Positions 62,102-64,000 of a stretch of DNA of 64,000 bases are shown in pieces. Each line of letters starts with the position of its first letter. Position 1 is the stretch's first letter. The stretch is taken from positions 2,617,733 to 2,681,732 of the forward strand of contig OZ253478.1 in assembly GCA_965261835.1 (NCBI GenBank), given 5' to 3'. The position numbers and the translations under genes were made by a program. Below the pieces are notes generated by a model. The model saw only the letters and a list, made by a program, of their open reading frames with translations, did no database searches and was not told the DNA's origin. Origin of the DNA: Dehalococcoidia bacterium (lineage in GTDB: Bacteria; Chloroflexota; Dehalococcoidia; SHYD01).

Positions 62102-62512
62102 GTGGAACGCTTCAAAGTCACCAAAACCCTGGAGTTCAGCTACGGCCACCGCCTCCTGAACTACGAAGGCAAGTGCCGCCATCTCCACGGCCACAACGGC
62201 GTGCTAGAGGTGGACGTGGCGTCCGACACCCTGGACCACCGCGGCATGGTGGTCGACTTCGGCGATGTCCGGGACGTGGTCAAGACTTGGGTCGACGAGC
62301 AGTTGGATCACCGCATGCTCCTCTGCAAAGACGATCCCTTGGTGCCCCTCCTTGCCGGAACCGGCGAGCCGCTCTACCTGATGGATGAGAACCCCACCGC
62401 CGAGAACATCGCCAAGCACATCTACGAGGAGGTTCAACGCCAGGGCCTCACCGTAAGCGAAGTCCGGCTCTGGGAGACCTCCACCGGCTACGTCACCTAC
62501 CGGGGCCGTTAG
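62102..62512 (+). CDS. queD: 6-carboxy-5,6,7,8-tetrahydropterin synthase
   Basis: CRHLHGH, DF, LDH, PTAENIA, WET. Confidence 0.88.
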   Translation: MERFKVTKTLEFSYGHRLLNYEGKCRHLHGHNGVLEVDVASDTLDHRGMVVDFGDVRDVVKTWVDEQLDHRMLLCKDDPLVPLLAGTGEPLYLMDENPTAENIAKHIYEEVQRQGLTVSEVRLWETSTGYVTYRGR

Positions 62513-63168
62513 TGGAGCCGGTTGCCGTGCTCACCAGCGGTGGTTTGGACAGCGCCATCTTGCTAGCCGACCTCGCCCGGACGCGCACGGCCTACCCCAT
62601 TTACGTGCGCGCCGGCATGGCCTGGGAGGACGCGGAAGTGGCGGCCCTACCCGCCTACGTCGCCGCCTTGGGCAACCCCAACGTGCAGCCCCTCACCGTG
62701 CTCCAAGCGCCGGTTGCCCCGCTCTACGGCGACCACTGGAGCATCACCGGCCGCGGCACTCCCGGCGCAGATACCCCGGACCACGCCGTCTTCCTGCCGG
62801 GACGCAACATCCTCCTGATTGGCCTGGCCGCGGTGTGGTGCAGCCTCCACCACGTCCGGGATATCGCCATCGGCTCCCTGGGCGACAACCCCTTCCCCGA
62901 CGCATCGCCCCAGTTCTTCGACGAGTTCGCCCGGGTGGTCGGCACCGGTCTGGGGCACCCGGTGCAGGTGCTTGCCCCCTACCGCGGCCTGCACAAGGAC
63001 GCTATAATCGCCCGCAACCCGGATTTACCCCTGGAGTTGACCATAACGTGCATAGCCCCCGCACCGGGTGTCCACTGCGGAGCCTGCAATAAATGCCACG
63101 AGCGTCAAATTGCCTTTGCGGCCAGCGGCGTGCCCGACCGCACCCGCTACGCCGCCAGAAAAGAGTGA
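62512..63168 (+). CDS. QueC-like ATP pyrophosphatase (divergent)
   Basis: SGGLDS PP-loop, PGRN, C-x8-CGACNKC zinc site; lacks YGQRH. Confidence 0.8.
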   Translation: MEPVAVLTSGGLDSAILLADLARTRTAYPIYVRAGMAWEDAEVAALPAYVAALGNPNVQPLTVLQAPVAPLYGDHWSITGRGTPGADTPDHAVFLPGRNILLIGLAAVWCSLHHVRDIAIGSLGDNPFPDASPQFFDEFARVVGTGLGHPVQVLAPYRGLHKDAIIARNPDLPLELTITCIAPAPGVHCGACNKCHERQIAFAASGVPDRTRYAARKE

Positions 63169-63172
63169 GAGC

Positions 63173-63790
63173 TTGGACAACGAAGACCGCATCGAACAAC
63201 TGAAGCCGCTGCTCCGCCAGGTCTTGGAGCTGCTGGGCGAGGACCCCAACCGGGAGGGCCTTCACCGCACCCCCGAACGCTGGGCCGACGCCCTGCTCAC
63301 CTACACCCAGGGCAGCCGGGAAGACGCTGCGCAGCACCTCAAAGTCATCTTTCAGTTGGACGAGGACGAATATCCCGCTGCGTCCGATGACATGATCCTG
63401 GTGAGCAACATCCAGTTCACCTCCACCTGTGAGCACCACATTGCCCCCATCCGGGGTGTCATCCACATCGCCTACATCCCCAATCCGGAGAGCCGGATCA
63501 TCACCGGTCTCTCCAAGCTCACCCGCGTAGTGGAGGTCTACGGCCGCCGGCTCCAGATCCAGGAGCGCATGACTCAGCAGATCGCCAACGCCATCGACAA
63601 GTACCTCAAGCCACAGGGGGTCATCGTGGTAGCCCAGGCCGTCCACTACTGCATGGTGCAGCGCGGCGTGGAGCAGCGAGACAGCGCCACCCTCACTACT
63701 GCCCGTCGCGGCCTCTTCCAGCAAAACCCCGCCCTGGAGGTCAAGTTCCAGGAGTACCTTCGCTCTCGCATGCAGACCACCGCCTACTAA
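63173..63790 (+). CDS. folE: GTP cyclohydrolase I
   Basis: REGL..TP.R, CEHH, GLSK, QIQER, HYCM..RG; TTG start inferred. Confidence 0.93.
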   Translation: MDNEDRIEQLKPLLRQVLELLGEDPNREGLHRTPERWADALLTYTQGSREDAAQHLKVIFQLDEDEYPAASDDMILVSNIQFTSTCEHHIAPIRGVIHIAYIPNPESRIITGLSKLTRVVEVYGRRLQIQERMTQQIANAIDKYLKPQGVIVVAQAVHYCMVQRGVEQRDSATLTTARRGLFQQNPALEVKFQEYLRSRMQTTAY

Positions 63791-63875
63791 CTGCGGTATC
63801 ATCCTAACGGACGACTAACGGACGCTACTTAACGCGATAACCCACCCACTCACCCAACAAGCCAGGAGGCCCCTC

Positions 63876-64000
63876 ATGCCCATCGCCCCCAAGCCCCTGC
63901 GGTCCGCCCTTTTCATCCCTGGAAACCGCCAGCGCTGGCTCGACCGCATTCCCATCATCCCCTCCGATGCCTTTGTCCTGGACCTAGAGGACTCGGTCCC
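63876..64000 (+). CDS. CitE/HpcH-HpaI CoA-ester lyase family, N-terminal fragment
   Basis: RSALFIPGN...DLEDSV; AGGAGG RBS; runs off the window. Confidence 0.8.
   Translation, partial: MPIAPKPLRSALFIPGNRQRWLDRIPIIPSDAFVLDLEDSV

Overview
High-GC bacterial chromosomal segment. The gene content (bicupins, acyl-CoA dehydrogenase, MetE-II family, amidohydrolase, MshA-like GT4) suggests Chloroflexota/Dehalococcoidia, which is an inference. Most of the window is housekeeping or metabolic: lipA, lepA, secA, prs, a pfkB kinase, SDRs, cupins, transporters, and a folM-queD-queC-folE-like operon. The standout region is 1.4-14.0 kb, a defence-type locus built around a Type IIG-like restriction-modification gene whose own ends are repeated. 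A 64-bp copy of its 5' end brackets hicAB. Its last ~110-145 bp recur twice downstream, separating a HEPN-like gene, a 1728-aa exonuclease-RecQ-UvrD fusion, and a small Cys-rich ORF plus Fic. The locus ends in a strictly 40-bp-periodic array of six 31-bp palindromic sites (12+7+12) whose cores alternate in orientation, and a two-site copy of this array sits directly behind the RM gene. No integrase or transposase is visible in the window. This looks like a cassette-accretion system not explained by standard features. No rRNA, tRNA or CRISPR array was recognised.
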